A stretch of DNA of 64,000 bases from Promethearchaeota archaeon (GCA_048940925.1 JBHLOC010000002.1:64001-128000), one strand, 5' to 3'; numbered from the stretch's first letter, positions 21,637-32,974 are shown. Program-made: numbers and translations. Notes: generated by a model from the letters alone, not told the origin.

Positions 21637-22500
21637 TCATAATTTAAGATTTTCATCTGACTTCTTGAATATATTCATTAAGAAAATTCCTACTATTATT
21701 AATGCTACAGATAGTATTAGTCCAATTGATATTGTGGCATTTTCTATTATTAGTAGTTCAAATACTATAGGTGCAATAATGTAAAGTGAATTATACATTG
21801 GTACTAATTCTGAAGCATCTGCTCCTTTAGCAAACCCTATTTGAGTAAGTATCATTGCTAAAAAGCCAAGAAAGAAACTAATTAGAAAAATAAAGCTAAG
21901 CAGTTCTCCTCGAAACGCTCCAATAAAAGCTTCAAAAAAATTGCTTGAACTTAATCCCATTCTTTTAAAAACATTATCCATTCCACCAAGCGTTCCTGCA
22001 ACTGCCCCAAAAATAAAAGCAATACCAATCTTTGTTTTCCATGAAAAACTGATAAGGATAGTAAAAAGAATTGCAATAACAATAAGTAAGATAAAAAAAT
22101 TAGAATAGATAATCACCCCGGTTTCAGGGGATTCTATAATATAAAGAATACCAACAAATGTTGTACCAATAATGATTAATACGGCTCCAATTAATTCTTG
22201 CTTAATTATCTCCTCATCTAATATGTAGTGTGAATATATCATTAATAAAATCAAACCTAAACCAAAAACACTTGAGAAGACTGCTGCTGACGCAAATGTT
22301 GTTCCTATAATTTGCCAAATAACTATTGTATTATTTAAAATAAACCCAATAATATAAATTAAGGGTTTTTTACCCTTTTCTTTAAACGATTTTTTTCTAG
22401 AAAAGATTTCTATTCCATGTCGCTCCATGGCTTTTGCTAAATGAAGAACCATAGTGCTAATAATACCAAAAATCAAACCTAAGATAATTATATTTGCCAA
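21637..22500 (-). CDS. DMT-superfamily membrane transporter (NIPA-like)
   Basis: About 9 TM helices. ILDEEI...LIGAVLIIIG and LTQIGF..GA.ASELVPMY resemble NIPA/DMT. Confidence 0.6.
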   Translation of the reverse strand: MANIIILGLIFGIISTMVLHLAKAMERHGIEIFSRKKSFKEKGKKPLIYIIGFILNNTIVIWQIIGTTFASAAVFSSVFGLGLILLMIYSHYILDEEIIKQELIGAVLIIIGTTFVGILYIIESPETGVIIYSNFFILLIVIAILFTILISFSWKTKIGIAFIFGAVAGTLGGMDNVFKRMGLSSSNFFEAFIGAFRGELLSFIFLISFFLGFLAMILTQIGFAKGADASELVPMYNSLYIIAPIVFELLIIENATISIGLILSVALIIVGIFLMNIFKKSDENLKL

Positions 22501-22898
22501 AACAATCCTTAATATAAATTATTACTTATATTTTATTTAAAATGGTGAATTAGTCGAATCTATATACAAAATATAACTTTTATTTCCGAGTAATTATGAA
22601 TATATTAAGAAAGCTTAAAAAAAAAATCTAATTTTGATAAATTTTTTTAAGATCCTCTTAAATTTCAACGTTTTTCATTATTACTAAAAAAATATTTTAT
22701 ATTTTTTTCATGATCTTTGAAGTCCTCTTTTAAAATTAATAAAAAGAATCTCTAATAAGAGAAATTTTTATTTTTCTATATTTTAATTTTGCTATAAAAT
22801 AAAATTGGATATTATGATATTGATTTTTAAAAAATCTTCTATAAATCTCATACATAGAAAATTTATTAAGATTGTTCACTTTACTAAATTAGAATAAC

Positions 22899-24248
22899 TT
22901 GAAAAATCTCGAGCCTTTCTTTAATCCCAAAAGCATTTTAATAGTTGGCGTATCAAGAAAAGCCTATACATTTAATTATACTATCTTAAAAAATCTTTTA
23001 GAAATTTTTTATCGAGGAAAATTATACATCTTAAATCCTAATGCTGACGAAATTCTGGGCGTAAAATCATACCATTCTTTAGAAGAATTACCTGAGATAC
23101 CAGAATTAGCAGTTATTGTATTGGGTAAGAGTATTGCTACTATTTTTGAGAAATTAGCTAAATTTGGAGTGAAAAATATAGCAATAGAATCTGAATTACG
23201 AATTGATACCGAGGATGTATTATTATTGGAAACATTAAATCAAATTGGGGAACATTACGGAGTTTCTTATATGGGACCATCTATGCTAGGAATAATAAAT
23301 TTTATTAACAATTTCACTACTTCAATAATTCCCGTACGGCAGTATCTCATGCAAAAATATAGAAAAATAAAAGATGGTCTTAGTTTCATTGCACAATCTG
23401 GAGGTTTAGCAGGAGCTATGGGTTGGTGGTCGCCATCTCAAGATATCCCTATTTCTAAGGTCATTCACTTAGGATATGAATTTGATATTAATGACGCAGA
23501 TGTTTTAAAATATTTTAAAGAAGACATAAGTACAAAAGTGATTTCGATTTTTTTAAGAGAAATCACAGACGAGATTATTGAGGCTGTAAGAGAAATAACT
23601 CCTATCAAACCAGTTTTAATCTTTTATGTAGGAAAGGATATAGAAAAAGAAGAACAGCTAATAAACGCAGGTGGAATATGTGTAACAAACTACATCGAAT
23701 TATTCGAATTTGCCAAAATTTTCCTATGGTGTCCAGAACCGAAAGGTCCAAATTTAGGAATAATTGGTCCTAGTTCTGGAGCAATATACGTAATTGTAAA
23801 AGAGATGAGAAAGCAGGGTCTTTCACTTGCGAAGTTAACTAATGAACATAAAGACATCATACTTGATAAAGTTGGAGGTTCTACATGTAATTTAGGAAAT
23901 CCTGTTGATTATTGGCCCCCAGAACGGTTTGTAGGTACAAAAATCTGTGAAATTTATAACACTTCTTCTAAAACTCTGCTACAAGATGATGCCGTAGATG
24001 GATTGATATTGGCTTTAGAATTTTTTATCGAAATAGAATTTGATTTTAACATATTTCACAAAATTAAAAATTTATTTCCAGATAAACCAATAATCACTGT
24101 ATTAATTCAGGCAGAACGTGAGGGTGCCAAAAGAGTTATTAAATCTGCTTCTGAGCTTAAAATACCTGTATTCGAAAATGAGGTAGAAAGAGCAGTTCGT
24201 GGTTATAAATTACTTTATAATTGGTATTCAAAAATAAAAAAGAAATAA
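22899..24248 (+). CDS. ADP-forming acyl-CoA synthetase alpha-subunit-like protein, apparently lacking the phospho-His loop
   Basis: FFNPKSI..VG, MGP..LG, IAQSGG, SSG, NPVD motifs. No SHTG segment. Confidence 0.75.
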   Translation: MKNLEPFFNPKSILIVGVSRKAYTFNYTILKNLLEIFYRGKLYILNPNADEILGVKSYHSLEELPEIPELAVIVLGKSIATIFEKLAKFGVKNIAIESELRIDTEDVLLLETLNQIGEHYGVSYMGPSMLGIINFINNFTTSIIPVRQYLMQKYRKIKDGLSFIAQSGGLAGAMGWWSPSQDIPISKVIHLGYEFDINDADVLKYFKEDISTKVISIFLREITDEIIEAVREITPIKPVLIFYVGKDIEKEEQLINAGGICVTNYIELFEFAKIFLWCPEPKGPNLGIIGPSSGAIYVIVKEMRKQGLSLAKLTNEHKDIILDKVGGSTCNLGNPVDYWPPERFVGTKICEIYNTSSKTLLQDDAVDGLILALEFFIEIEFDFNIFHKIKNLFPDKPIITVLIQAEREGAKRVIKSASELKIPVFENEVERAVRGYKLLYNWYSKIKKK

Positions 24249-24252
24249 ATAT

Positions 24253-25506
24253 TTAACTCAAGAAAATCTCCTTTAACTCTTCAGGGACTTCATCAGATTC
24301 ATCCATTAAAGAGAGAACATAAACAGTTTCGCCACATTTGCATTCTTTCCCTTCAAATAGGTAGAATTTAAATTGATTTTTCCAATTACAAATTTGAATA
24401 TTTGTAAATTCAACAACTTCACCACACACGCAATAAATAAACAGATTTTCAGAAAAGTTAGGGATAATTGATTTAAACTCCTGAGGAGCTTTACTAAACT
24501 CAGATTCATTTAACAGTTTATTAATTTTTTCTGCTTGTGCATCTTTGAGAGTTGGGACGAAATAAGTTATTACTCCTCCCATTCCCTTCATTTCAGTAAG
24601 CACAATAAAATTTTTTTCGGGTCTTTCTTTTCTCTCTGGAAATAATGCTTTTTCATACTGCATTAGTTGTTCAGGGATCGGAAGTGGTTCCATATCGGGA
24701 GGATATTCAAAAGTATAAAAATACTGCATAGTTCCTCTTACATTACTTTGATTTAACAAACTTAAATTTTCATAATCCCTACTATGCAACATGAATTTTA
24801 TTAACTGCAATGGGACTTTTAACTCTAACAGGCGAGATCTAATATTATTTAAAACTTCTCCAGCATAAGTTTTTAGTATCATTATTTCTTCTCGATTTTC
24901 AGAGTAAATCTGATTTTTATTCTGGTCTTTAAATGTAAACCATTTCTTGACTACTGTTCCTCTAATCAGCTGGGGAATCATACATAAAACACACAGAATT
25001 GGAAAAACAATGAACAAATTAAAAGGTAAAAATGCAAACGCAAAAACGACCGCAAGTAAGGGAAGCGTTACTATTAAATTTAATCTGCGTAAACGTGTAG
25101 ACATAGATGTCTTTATCCCCTTACTAAGCGCCAATTCTTCTGCTTTTAATTTCAAATTTTCTATGATTCCAGGAATGTTTTTTGATTCAAAACTTTGCTT
25201 TAACAAGATATCCTCTTCTCTTCCCTGAATAAAGGTATTAATATGTGTGGTTATCTGAGATAAATATTGCTTTATAGTATTGTCTTTAAATATGAACTCT
25301 AGGGTTTCTTCTCCAAAATAATCGAGAAAGCGAACAATGAAAAGCTTTTTCTCAACATTTTGGATTTCTATAGGATCTAAACCAAGCGCTTCTTGTATAA
25401 TCTGACCTTGAGTTTTCCTCACTCGTTTTCGTGATTTTTTTCCTTCTTCTTCTTGCGCTTTCGAGCTTTCTATTTCTGTACTTTTGTCAACCATATCTTC
25501 TTTCAT
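24253..25506 (-). CDS. Hypothetical membrane protein (2 TM, C-terminal Cys pairs)
   Basis: 417-aa ORF with a hydrophobic hairpin and CVCG/CKCG. Confidence 0.6.
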   Translation of the reverse strand: MKEDMVDKSTEIESSKAQEEEGKKSRKRVRKTQGQIIQEALGLDPIEIQNVEKKLFIVRFLDYFGEETLEFIFKDNTIKQYLSQITTHINTFIQGREEDILLKQSFESKNIPGIIENLKLKAEELALSKGIKTSMSTRLRRLNLIVTLPLLAVVFAFAFLPFNLFIVFPILCVLCMIPQLIRGTVVKKWFTFKDQNKNQIYSENREEIMILKTYAGEVLNNIRSRLLELKVPLQLIKFMLHSRDYENLSLLNQSNVRGTMQYFYTFEYPPDMEPLPIPEQLMQYEKALFPERKERPEKNFIVLTEMKGMGGVITYFVPTLKDAQAEKINKLLNESEFSKAPQEFKSIIPNFSENLFIYCVCGEVVEFTNIQICNWKNQFKFYLFEGKECKCGETVYVLSLMDESDEVPEELKEIFLS

Positions 25507-25793
25507 ACTTTTCTCAAAGCTTCAATTTTTTAATATAACGTAAGTAATTATTTACAGATAAATAACTTTTTGGAAAAAAAAAATAATGAATTTAAAGAAT
25601 AAATTGAAAAATCAAAAGAAAAGTAGAATAAATAATTGATAATTAAACTTATGAGTATCAATAAATAGCGATCAACTTATAATTTGAATTTACCGTAAAC
25701 TTTAATTATATTCTTATTCAAATATTAATTCATAACACATTCTTAAAATACATTCATATTATTTCAATTTAGAAATCAATTAAGGCAGTTAAT

Positions 25794-27509
25794 ATGGGAG
25801 AAAAGACCATAAATCCTAATAAAAAACCTAAATCCAAGAAGAAAAAAATTTTAGTAGAACATAAACCAATAGTTATAGGAGGCATAATTGCTGCAGTAGC
25901 AATAGCTGGAATTGTTGGTGGTATTGTTTTATTTTTAGGTGAAAAGAAAATAGGGGGTACTTTTATTTTTGGCTACGGTGGAGGGCTTGATAGAATAGAC
26001 CCTCTTATTGCAAATTTATATGATCCAATAATCATTGCTAGCATTGCTGAGCCATTATTCACTGAATATTATAATCAAACTGGTAAATATTATGAAAACT
26101 CCCCACATTTGGCAGAAGAAGGAACTTGGAGCCCTGATGGTTTAAATTTTACTTGCACTCTAAAGAAAGGGGTTGAATTTCATGACGGTACGAAATTTAA
26201 CGCCTCAGCAGTTAAGTGGAACTTCGATAGGCTACATAATTTGCTAGTCAATATGTCCATTTATGGTGTAGATTATTTGTGGTATCATCCGGATGGGACT
26301 CTTATTTTAAATAGGACCGAAATAATCAACGATTACACCGTAAGGTTTGTGTTGAATAGACCTTTTGTTCCTTTTCGAGCATTACTTACTATTCCTCACG
26401 CATACATTTTATCACCTGCATCTACTCCTGAAGACAGATTCCTTGATGCTTTCACTGAAAAATTAATTGGGACAGGTCCTTATATTTATGAATCCAATGT
26501 GGTATATGTTAATACAACTATAATAAAAAATAAAAATTATTGGGGTACTCCCAAACCCGTAATGGATACATATGTTTTCATTCCTTATTCTTATCAAGAA
26601 AGTAATGAACATTTTTTTGCAAAAGAAACTGATTATGCCGTAGGAAATGACAGCCTTTTAGAAGAATATAGCGCAGATTCTACGATTGTAGTAGACGATT
26701 TTGTAGAGCATGGATTCGATTATCTTGGAATGAATAACAAAAGGATAAACACCACGATGAGGAAGGCAATCTCTTATGCTTTAAATTACACCTCTATTCT
26801 TGAACTAGCTGATTCACTCTCACATGGATCAAATATAAGATGTAGATCTCCATTGTCGTTAGAAACTCTTTATTCAAATTGGGAAGATTTTGATGTCCCT
26901 TATTATAATATAACAAAGGCAAGACAAACTCTAAAGGATGTGAATTGGCCTGGAACTACTGATTTGACCGCAAATAATATTATAACTATTGGAAACGAGT
27001 GGGAAACGATAGCAAATATGACACCTCTTATGACACTTAATATTTCATATATTTTTGGAGGATGGAATTGGCTAGAAGAATTATCATATATCATAGTTGA
27101 TAATCTCAAACAAATTGGAGTAAAAGTCGAAAATCTACCCCTAACATATGAAGATCACTGGGATAATGTATTTGCTTCAAAAATAGACCTTTTCTGGCTA
27201 GGTTGGTTAATTGATTACAATGATCCTTCAAATACTCTTAATGCTATATTTTCAACTCAACTTGAAGGGTGGAATAATTTTCAACAAACTAATGATTCTA
27301 TTGTTCAAGGATGGCTGGACCAAGGAACAGTAGAGACTAATCCTTTTAATAGAAGTCGACTCTACTACGATATTCAGAGAGAGTTGATTGAAAGAGTGTA
27401 TCCCGTAGCTTGGTTATATTCTAATGTATGGTTTGACGTGTACCGATCGAATGTAAGAGGTTGGGGCATTTGGGGTGCGGGATCATTGAGATATATATAC
27501 CGCGTTTAG
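25794..27509 (+). CDS. Family 5 (DppA/OppA-like) solute-binding protein, copy 1
   Basis: LKKGVEFHDGTKFNASAVKWNFDR, GTGPY, RKAISYA, W..DYNDP. Basic N-tail plus TM anchor. Confidence 0.9.
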   Translation: MGEKTINPNKKPKSKKKKILVEHKPIVIGGIIAAVAIAGIVGGIVLFLGEKKIGGTFIFGYGGGLDRIDPLIANLYDPIIIASIAEPLFTEYYNQTGKYYENSPHLAEEGTWSPDGLNFTCTLKKGVEFHDGTKFNASAVKWNFDRLHNLLVNMSIYGVDYLWYHPDGTLILNRTEIINDYTVRFVLNRPFVPFRALLTIPHAYILSPASTPEDRFLDAFTEKLIGTGPYIYESNVVYVNTTIIKNKNYWGTPKPVMDTYVFIPYSYQESNEHFFAKETDYAVGNDSLLEEYSADSTIVVDDFVEHGFDYLGMNNKRINTTMRKAISYALNYTSILELADSLSHGSNIRCRSPLSLETLYSNWEDFDVPYYNITKARQTLKDVNWPGTTDLTANNIITIGNEWETIANMTPLMTLNISYIFGGWNWLEELSYIIVDNLKQIGVKVENLPLTYEDHWDNVFASKIDLFWLGWLIDYNDPSNTLNAIFSTQLEGWNNFQQTNDSIVQGWLDQGTVETNPFNRSRLYYDIQRELIERVYPVAWLYSNVWFDVYRSNVRGWGIWGAGSLRYIYRV

Positions 27510-27629
27510 AATAATTCCCAATTAATAACTTATTTTTTTTTAGAAATGAAAATTCTGAACCATAATTATGCTCTGTTGCATATTTTTAGACTTATATAAT
27601 TGATATAATATATTTAAAGAAGAACCATT

Positions 27630-28640
27630 TTAACTAAATGGAATACTGGAGAGGTTTACAGAATATTCTCCAAAATCTTTATTTTTAAACAACGATATAT
27701 TAAAATGGTTTTTAGCAGGAAAATCGTTGGATTTAAATATGTATCCCACGTCAGGGAAATCATAAAATGATTCAGGGTTTTCAGGAAAACCAACCCAAGT
27801 ATTATATACTCCACCCCAACCACCTGAATAGTTATGAAATGTAAACCTTGCCCCAATATCGGGTGAACTATCACGATAAATTACTCTAATCGCTCCAATA
27901 TTAGTTTCCCCTGTGCCCGTTATGTTTGCACCCATATCTCTATCTTGAATGATATTAAATATAATTTCACCATCGTTGTTAGTAAGATCCCATATATTGT
28001 TTCGAGTATATCTAACATTATTTGCCTTTAACTTTATATCACCAAAGTTTACATATCCAGTTATGTTACCTTTGGTTGTACAGTAGCTAAAATCATATAA
28101 AATATTACCACTAGAGATATCAACAGCAACATTATTTATATGAATACCAAATGGAACGTATAGTCCTACATTCCCTTCTTTATTAATGGTAGTATTAATA
28201 TCAAATAGGATGTTCGCATTAAGTGTTATAGTAATACTTACATTTTGATTAATCCAAATTAAAGCATCAAACCAGGAATCCGATAAAAGTTTCAGAGTGA
28301 AAGTTGGTATAGTGCTTGTATTGCCCCAATCCACACTTAAAAAATCCGTGTACTTCTCGCCAATGAGATTCTTACCACTCATCTCAATATTTAACTCAAT
28401 TTTCACATGATAATCAACTGGTGCATAGCTGTAGGTTATTTCAATATTTCCCACATCAACGTTAAGATGCAATTCTTCGATATCATAGGAATTGATAGGA
28501 GTATATTCATGACTCTCAAAATGTTCTAATGTAATGTAGGAGGAAAATCCAGTTGATAGGATAATGATCGGAACAGAAATAATCATACTTAATCCAAATA
28601 AAAATATTATTATGACTCCAACTATTCCTTTTTTCCTCAT
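27630..28640 (-). CDS. Membrane-anchored beta-rich extracellular protein, copy 1 (DUF4097-like)
   Basis: N-terminal TM helix, LNVDVG.I.I.Y...PVDY motif, repeated G-N/D-I turns, many NxS/T sequons. Confidence 0.6.
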   Translation of the reverse strand: MRKKGIVGVIIIFLFGLSMIISVPIIILSTGFSSYITLEHFESHEYTPINSYDIEELHLNVDVGNIEITYSYAPVDYHVKIELNIEMSGKNLIGEKYTDFLSVDWGNTSTIPTFTLKLLSDSWFDALIWINQNVSITITLNANILFDINTTINKEGNVGLYVPFGIHINNVAVDISSGNILYDFSYCTTKGNITGYVNFGDIKLKANNVRYTRNNIWDLTNNDGEIIFNIIQDRDMGANITGTGETNIGAIRVIYRDSSPDIGARFTFHNYSGGWGGVYNTWVGFPENPESFYDFPDVGYIFKSNDFPAKNHFNISLFKNKDFGEYSVNLSSIPFS

Positions 28641-28851
28641 CTTTTAAATCCTATGAACTAAATGTCTAATACATTAATTATTTAGATAAGAGATACTTTT
28701 ATTTAAATCAATCTATCTATATGTTTATGGTTTATACCATATAAGATCATAAGGTTTAATAACAAGGTTATTCAAATATTGAATTATTATAAAAATGCAA
28801 AATTCAATGAGATTTTACTAAATTGTAAATATCTAATAAAAAGGGTTAAAA

Positions 28852-30576
28852 ATGAGTGAGAAAAAACCTGTACCTAAGAAGAAGAAATTAATTGCTGAGC
28901 ATAAGACAATTGTGGTGGGAGGAATAGTCGCTGCTGTTGCATTAGCTGGAATTGTAAGTGGTATTGTATTGTTTACAGTAGAAGTAGAGAAAAAGAGAGG
29001 TAATATCGTCTGTGCTTTTAATTTCGTTGTAGATGATCTCGATCCACATTCTACTCGAGGCGGCTCATGGAATGTTTTTTTTTGGTCTCAGGTGGCGGAA
29101 GGCTTATTTGAACATGATTATTCTAATCCTAATAATCGTATTATAAGTAATCTAGCAATAAAAGGTGAATGGAGCCAAGATCTCTTAAACTTTACATGCA
29201 CCTTGAGAAAAGGAGTAAAATTTCATGATGGTACACCATTTAATGCAACGGCAGTCAAATGGAATTTTGATAGAATTCACAGATTACTTGACTATATGGA
29301 TTGGTCTTATTTATGGCGAATTTCTGAAGATAAAACACGTATCAACAGAACGGAAGTTATAGATACCTATATAGTAAGGTTTGTGTTAAATAAACCTTAT
29401 ATACCTTTCAAAGCGTTATTATGTTCTCCAATTTCGTATATGTTATCTCCAACCTCTACTCCCGCTGATGAATTCATAGACATTAATTCAACTCTAGTTG
29501 GAACTGGTCCTTTTAAGTTCGATGTCTGTACCAACACCTGGCAAGGGAGTTATATAGGCATATGTGTAAATACAACACTAACAGCTAATCTAGATTATTG
29601 GGGTAAAAAACCATATTTTGATAAAATTAGAATCACAGATGGATCATATCTTGATAGAATAGAGGGTATGAAGTCTAAGGAGATTTCTTTTGTAGAACCA
29701 GATCGTTATGAAGAAATCGAAGCATATAGAAATATGACCGATGTGACTATACTGGAGAAACCAGGTTTAGGTGTTTTTTGGCTTCATATGAATCATAAAC
29801 TCTTTCCTGTAGAAATGAGAAAAGCGATTTCTTATGCTTTTAATTATACATATTATCTTGAAGCCGCTTCATATTATAATGATATTGATTATGGAAGAGC
29901 AAAATCACCTATCACTAAAGGATTGCTGTATTCGAATTGGGATGATTTTGATGTTCCAGTGTACGATATTAAAGTTGCACGGCAGGCATTAATTGATGCA
30001 AATTGGCCTGGAACTTCTGGTTTAACTGCTGATGATGACATCAGTCCTGGTAATGAATGGGAAACCCTAGCAAATGGTCCAAATCCCCTTGCAACTTATA
30101 ATTATTCATACGTGTTTGATAGTTGGTTCCAAGGAAACTTATCGCTTGAGGTAGCTAAAAATCTTAAGCAAATCGGAGTGAAAATAGAACCTCTTGGTTT
30201 TAATCAACTAGAAATTTGGATAAAAATGTTCACGGGTGATTATGATTTTATACTTATAGGCTGGGCTCCATCTTATAATGATCCTGCCGAAGTAATAAAT
30301 CCTAATTTTTCATCTAAAGCTGATGGTTTCTTTAATTATATTAATTTTAACGATACACTAATACAAAAATGGATGGACGAGGCTCTCGAAGAACCAGATC
30401 CTAGTGCAAGAGAAAAACTATATTATCAAATTCAAGAACGACTTATTGAAGAACTTTATTCTGCTATTTGGTTAGGCTCAAGAGTGCAATACTATATTTG
30501 GGCATCGAATATAAAGGGGATTCAGCAAGAAGGGCCTCCATTAAAAATTCTTCTAAAAAATGGTTATTTCATTTAA
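28852..30576 (+). CDS. Family 5 solute-binding protein, copy 2
   Basis: LRKGVKFHDGTPFNATAVKWNFDR, GTGPF, RKAISYA. Paralog of 25794..27509. Confidence 0.9.
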   Translation: MSEKKPVPKKKKLIAEHKTIVVGGIVAAVALAGIVSGIVLFTVEVEKKRGNIVCAFNFVVDDLDPHSTRGGSWNVFFWSQVAEGLFEHDYSNPNNRIISNLAIKGEWSQDLLNFTCTLRKGVKFHDGTPFNATAVKWNFDRIHRLLDYMDWSYLWRISEDKTRINRTEVIDTYIVRFVLNKPYIPFKALLCSPISYMLSPTSTPADEFIDINSTLVGTGPFKFDVCTNTWQGSYIGICVNTTLTANLDYWGKKPYFDKIRITDGSYLDRIEGMKSKEISFVEPDRYEEIEAYRNMTDVTILEKPGLGVFWLHMNHKLFPVEMRKAISYAFNYTYYLEAASYYNDIDYGRAKSPITKGLLYSNWDDFDVPVYDIKVARQALIDANWPGTSGLTADDDISPGNEWETLANGPNPLATYNYSYVFDSWFQGNLSLEVAKNLKQIGVKIEPLGFNQLEIWIKMFTGDYDFILIGWAPSYNDPAEVINPNFSSKADGFFNYINFNDTLIQKWMDEALEEPDPSAREKLYYQIQERLIEELYSAIWLGSRVQYYIWASNIKGIQQEGPPLKILLKNGYFI

Positions 30577-30688
30577 CAAATTCATCCAAGCCATTATTAA
30601 AATAATCTAACTTTTTTGAGAGGTAATTATTTCATTTATTATTCATTATATTTAGCAAAAACAAAAAATATATACCTATTTATTAAGC

Positions 30689-31696
30689 TTATTTATTATA
30701 TAATTTCCAAAGATATGCTATGTCATGCCAAAATCCGGTGTACATAGAGAAATTATAGTTATTCTTTGCAGGAAAATCATAAGATACGAATTCACGCCCG
30801 GAAGGCTTTGAAACATCTTCATAAAATCCTTCAGAGGTGCTATCGGAATGACCCCAACCCAAAAAATCGATCATTTTAATCCATGCTCCTACATTCTGAG
30901 TATAATCTTGATAAATGAGATGAACATGTCCTGTCGTAGAGTTTAGGATTCCAGTAATGTTGGCACCCATTTCTTCATATTGAATAATATCAAATGTGAG
31001 TATACCCTCATCATTAGAAAGATTTAATATACTATTCTGAATATATTGGACGTTAATGGTTTTTAATTCTATATCAGCAAAATTTCCATTAGCAGTTATA
31101 TTACCTTCGATAGTACAATAATCAAAATATATTAAAGATTTGCTAACTGTTTTGTTATTTAATTTATTGATAATTACATTGACATTATTTACGTTAACTC
31201 CGCCTGGAACGTATACTTTAACATTACCTTCAAGATTCGTTGTTGTATTAATATCAAACAAGATGTTTGCGTTAAGAGTCACTATTATACTAACATCTCG
31301 GGTAATCCATAGCGAGGTATCAAACCATGATTCTGATAAAAGTTCCATACTAAAAATGGCCGAATTGGTTGAATTTTTCCACACTGGAGCTTTAAAATAA
31401 TCTAAATATGATTTTCCAGGAAGATTTTGACCACTCATGTTAATAAATACCTCTACTTTCACATGATAATCAACTGGTGCATAAGTGTAGGATATTTCAA
31501 TATCTCCTACATCAACATTAAGATTTATTTCTTCAATTGTAGAAGAATTTAATGAAGTATATTCAAAAGACTTATAATGCTCAATTTTAATGTATGGAGA
31601 GAAACTCGAGGAAAGGATAACAACAGGAATAGACGCAATTATAACGAATCCAAAAATAATACTGATGATTATCGCTATTTTTCCTTTTATCAGCAT
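30689..31696 (-). CDS. Membrane-anchored beta-rich extracellular protein, copy 2
   Basis: Paralog (LNVDVGDIEISYTYAPVDYHVK). Start placed at MLIKGK (31696) by alignment with the paralogs rather than at 31834. Confidence 0.65.
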   Translation of the reverse strand: MLIKGKIAIIISIIFGFVIIASIPVVILSSSFSPYIKIEHYKSFEYTSLNSSTIEEINLNVDVGDIEISYTYAPVDYHVKVEVFINMSGQNLPGKSYLDYFKAPVWKNSTNSAIFSMELLSESWFDTSLWITRDVSIIVTLNANILFDINTTTNLEGNVKVYVPGGVNVNNVNVIINKLNNKTVSKSLIYFDYCTIEGNITANGNFADIELKTINVQYIQNSILNLSNDEGILTFDIIQYEEMGANITGILNSTTGHVHLIYQDYTQNVGAWIKMIDFLGWGHSDSTSEGFYEDVSKPSGREFVSYDFPAKNNYNFSMYTGFWHDIAYLWKLYNK

Positions 31697-31870
31697 TGTT
31701 AAATTATGATAGGTAAATTTTATGGTTGATAAATTATTTAGATAAGGGGAATTTTTATTAAAATTTTGTTTTATATAATAGCTTTGAAAATAAATTTTTA
31801 TATTGAAATCTCTTATAAGTTTATTATAATTCACATAATTACATTCTTTTAATTTTTTTGGTGAACCCCA

Positions 31871-32974
31871 ATCGTATTATTTATCACTTATGATCCAATC
31901 GAACGCTTTCTTTCAAGCTTGACTATTACTGCTTTAATTGTGTGTAGTATATTTTTTTTATTGCAAGGTCGAAAGAGAGAAGTGTATCATGAAAAAATCC
32001 TGATGTATGGTTTTGCGAGTTTATGGATAAGCATTGGCTTAACAAGACTTTTCTTTTATTTTAGCGACTATTGGTTAGTAGGAACCTATACTGGAGATGT
32101 AGAAAGCATTTTTCAAGTAAATAATCTCCTACAAATAATAATTTATTACTTTTACATGTATCTTTACATCTATATTTATATAAATGTAATAATATTATGT
32201 TTGATGTTTGTTTGGTTTTCCATTAAATTAAAAGTTGAATTTCAAGCAATTTCCTCGATGATGGCGCTTGGTTTTACTGTATTTTTAATTGGTTGGACAT
32301 TTGAGGCAGTATCGATAAAAGCTTTAGGTTTTTTATTTTCTGGAATATCCTCTATACTTGTTTTAATCGGAGTTTTAATTGCAATTTCTCCCTTAGTGCT
32401 TGAGTTCGAATTCTTTTCTAGAAGATTAGCAATTTGGTTAATTATATCAATTATTGGTTTTATAGGCGTTTTTCTTACTTCTACATTCATCTTTAATCTT
32501 GAAACAATTGCCTTAATTTTAGTTATGATTGGATTTTTCTCAATATTATTAGGTTCAGTAATAGTATATATGATATTTTATGCAATTAGATCAACTAAAG
32601 CACCGAAGGAACAGAAAGAAGAACTTCAAGAAACATTAAGATTCTTTACTAGACGCCAAAAGTTTACAGAAGAAGAGGTCGCATTTCATAGAGAAAGAAA
32701 AATTTGTTTAGTGTGCAAAACTCATATTTCAAGATTAAGCTATATTTGCCCGGAGTGTGATGCTCTATATTGTGTTAAGTGCTCTGAGGCATTAAGTAAT
32801 TTAGAAAATGCATGTTGGGTTTGTGAAACCCCATTCGATGAAACTAAAGCCGTTCATATTGTGAGAGAAGAAAAGGCACTTTTAGAAGTTGATGAGACAA
32901 TCGTTTCTGAAATTGAAGATAAAAAAAGTAAAAAAGCACCTAAGAAAATTAAAAATGATATGAAAAAGAATTAA
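31871..32974 (+). CDS. Multi-pass membrane protein with C-terminal C4C4 RING-like domain (candidate E3 ligase); probable ATC start
   Basis: About 7 hydrophobic segments, then C-x2-C-x10-C-x2-C-x4-C-x2-C-x10-C-x2-C. GGTGA + 6 nt + ATC lies upstream of the tracked TTG. Confidence 0.7.
   Translation: MVLFITYDPIERFLSSLTITALIVCSIFFLLQGRKREVYHEKILMYGFASLWISIGLTRLFFYFSDYWLVGTYTGDVESIFQVNNLLQIIIYYFYMYLYIYIYINVIILCLMFVWFSIKLKVEFQAISSMMALGFTVFLIGWTFEAVSIKALGFLFSGISSILVLIGVLIAISPLVLEFEFFSRRLAIWLIISIIGFIGVFLTSTFIFNLETIALILVMIGFFSILLGSVIVYMIFYAIRSTKAPKEQKEELQETLRFFTRRQKFTEEEVAFHRERKICLVCKTHISRLSYICPECDALYCVKCSEALSNLENACWVCETPFDETKAVHIVREEKALLEVDETIVSEIEDKKSKKAPKKIKNDMKKN

Noticed and set aside
31697-31834. 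46-aa N-terminal extension of the tracked 381-aa ORF
   Set aside because: Paralogs begin at the position equivalent to 31696, and the extension covers the conserved promoter-like motif.
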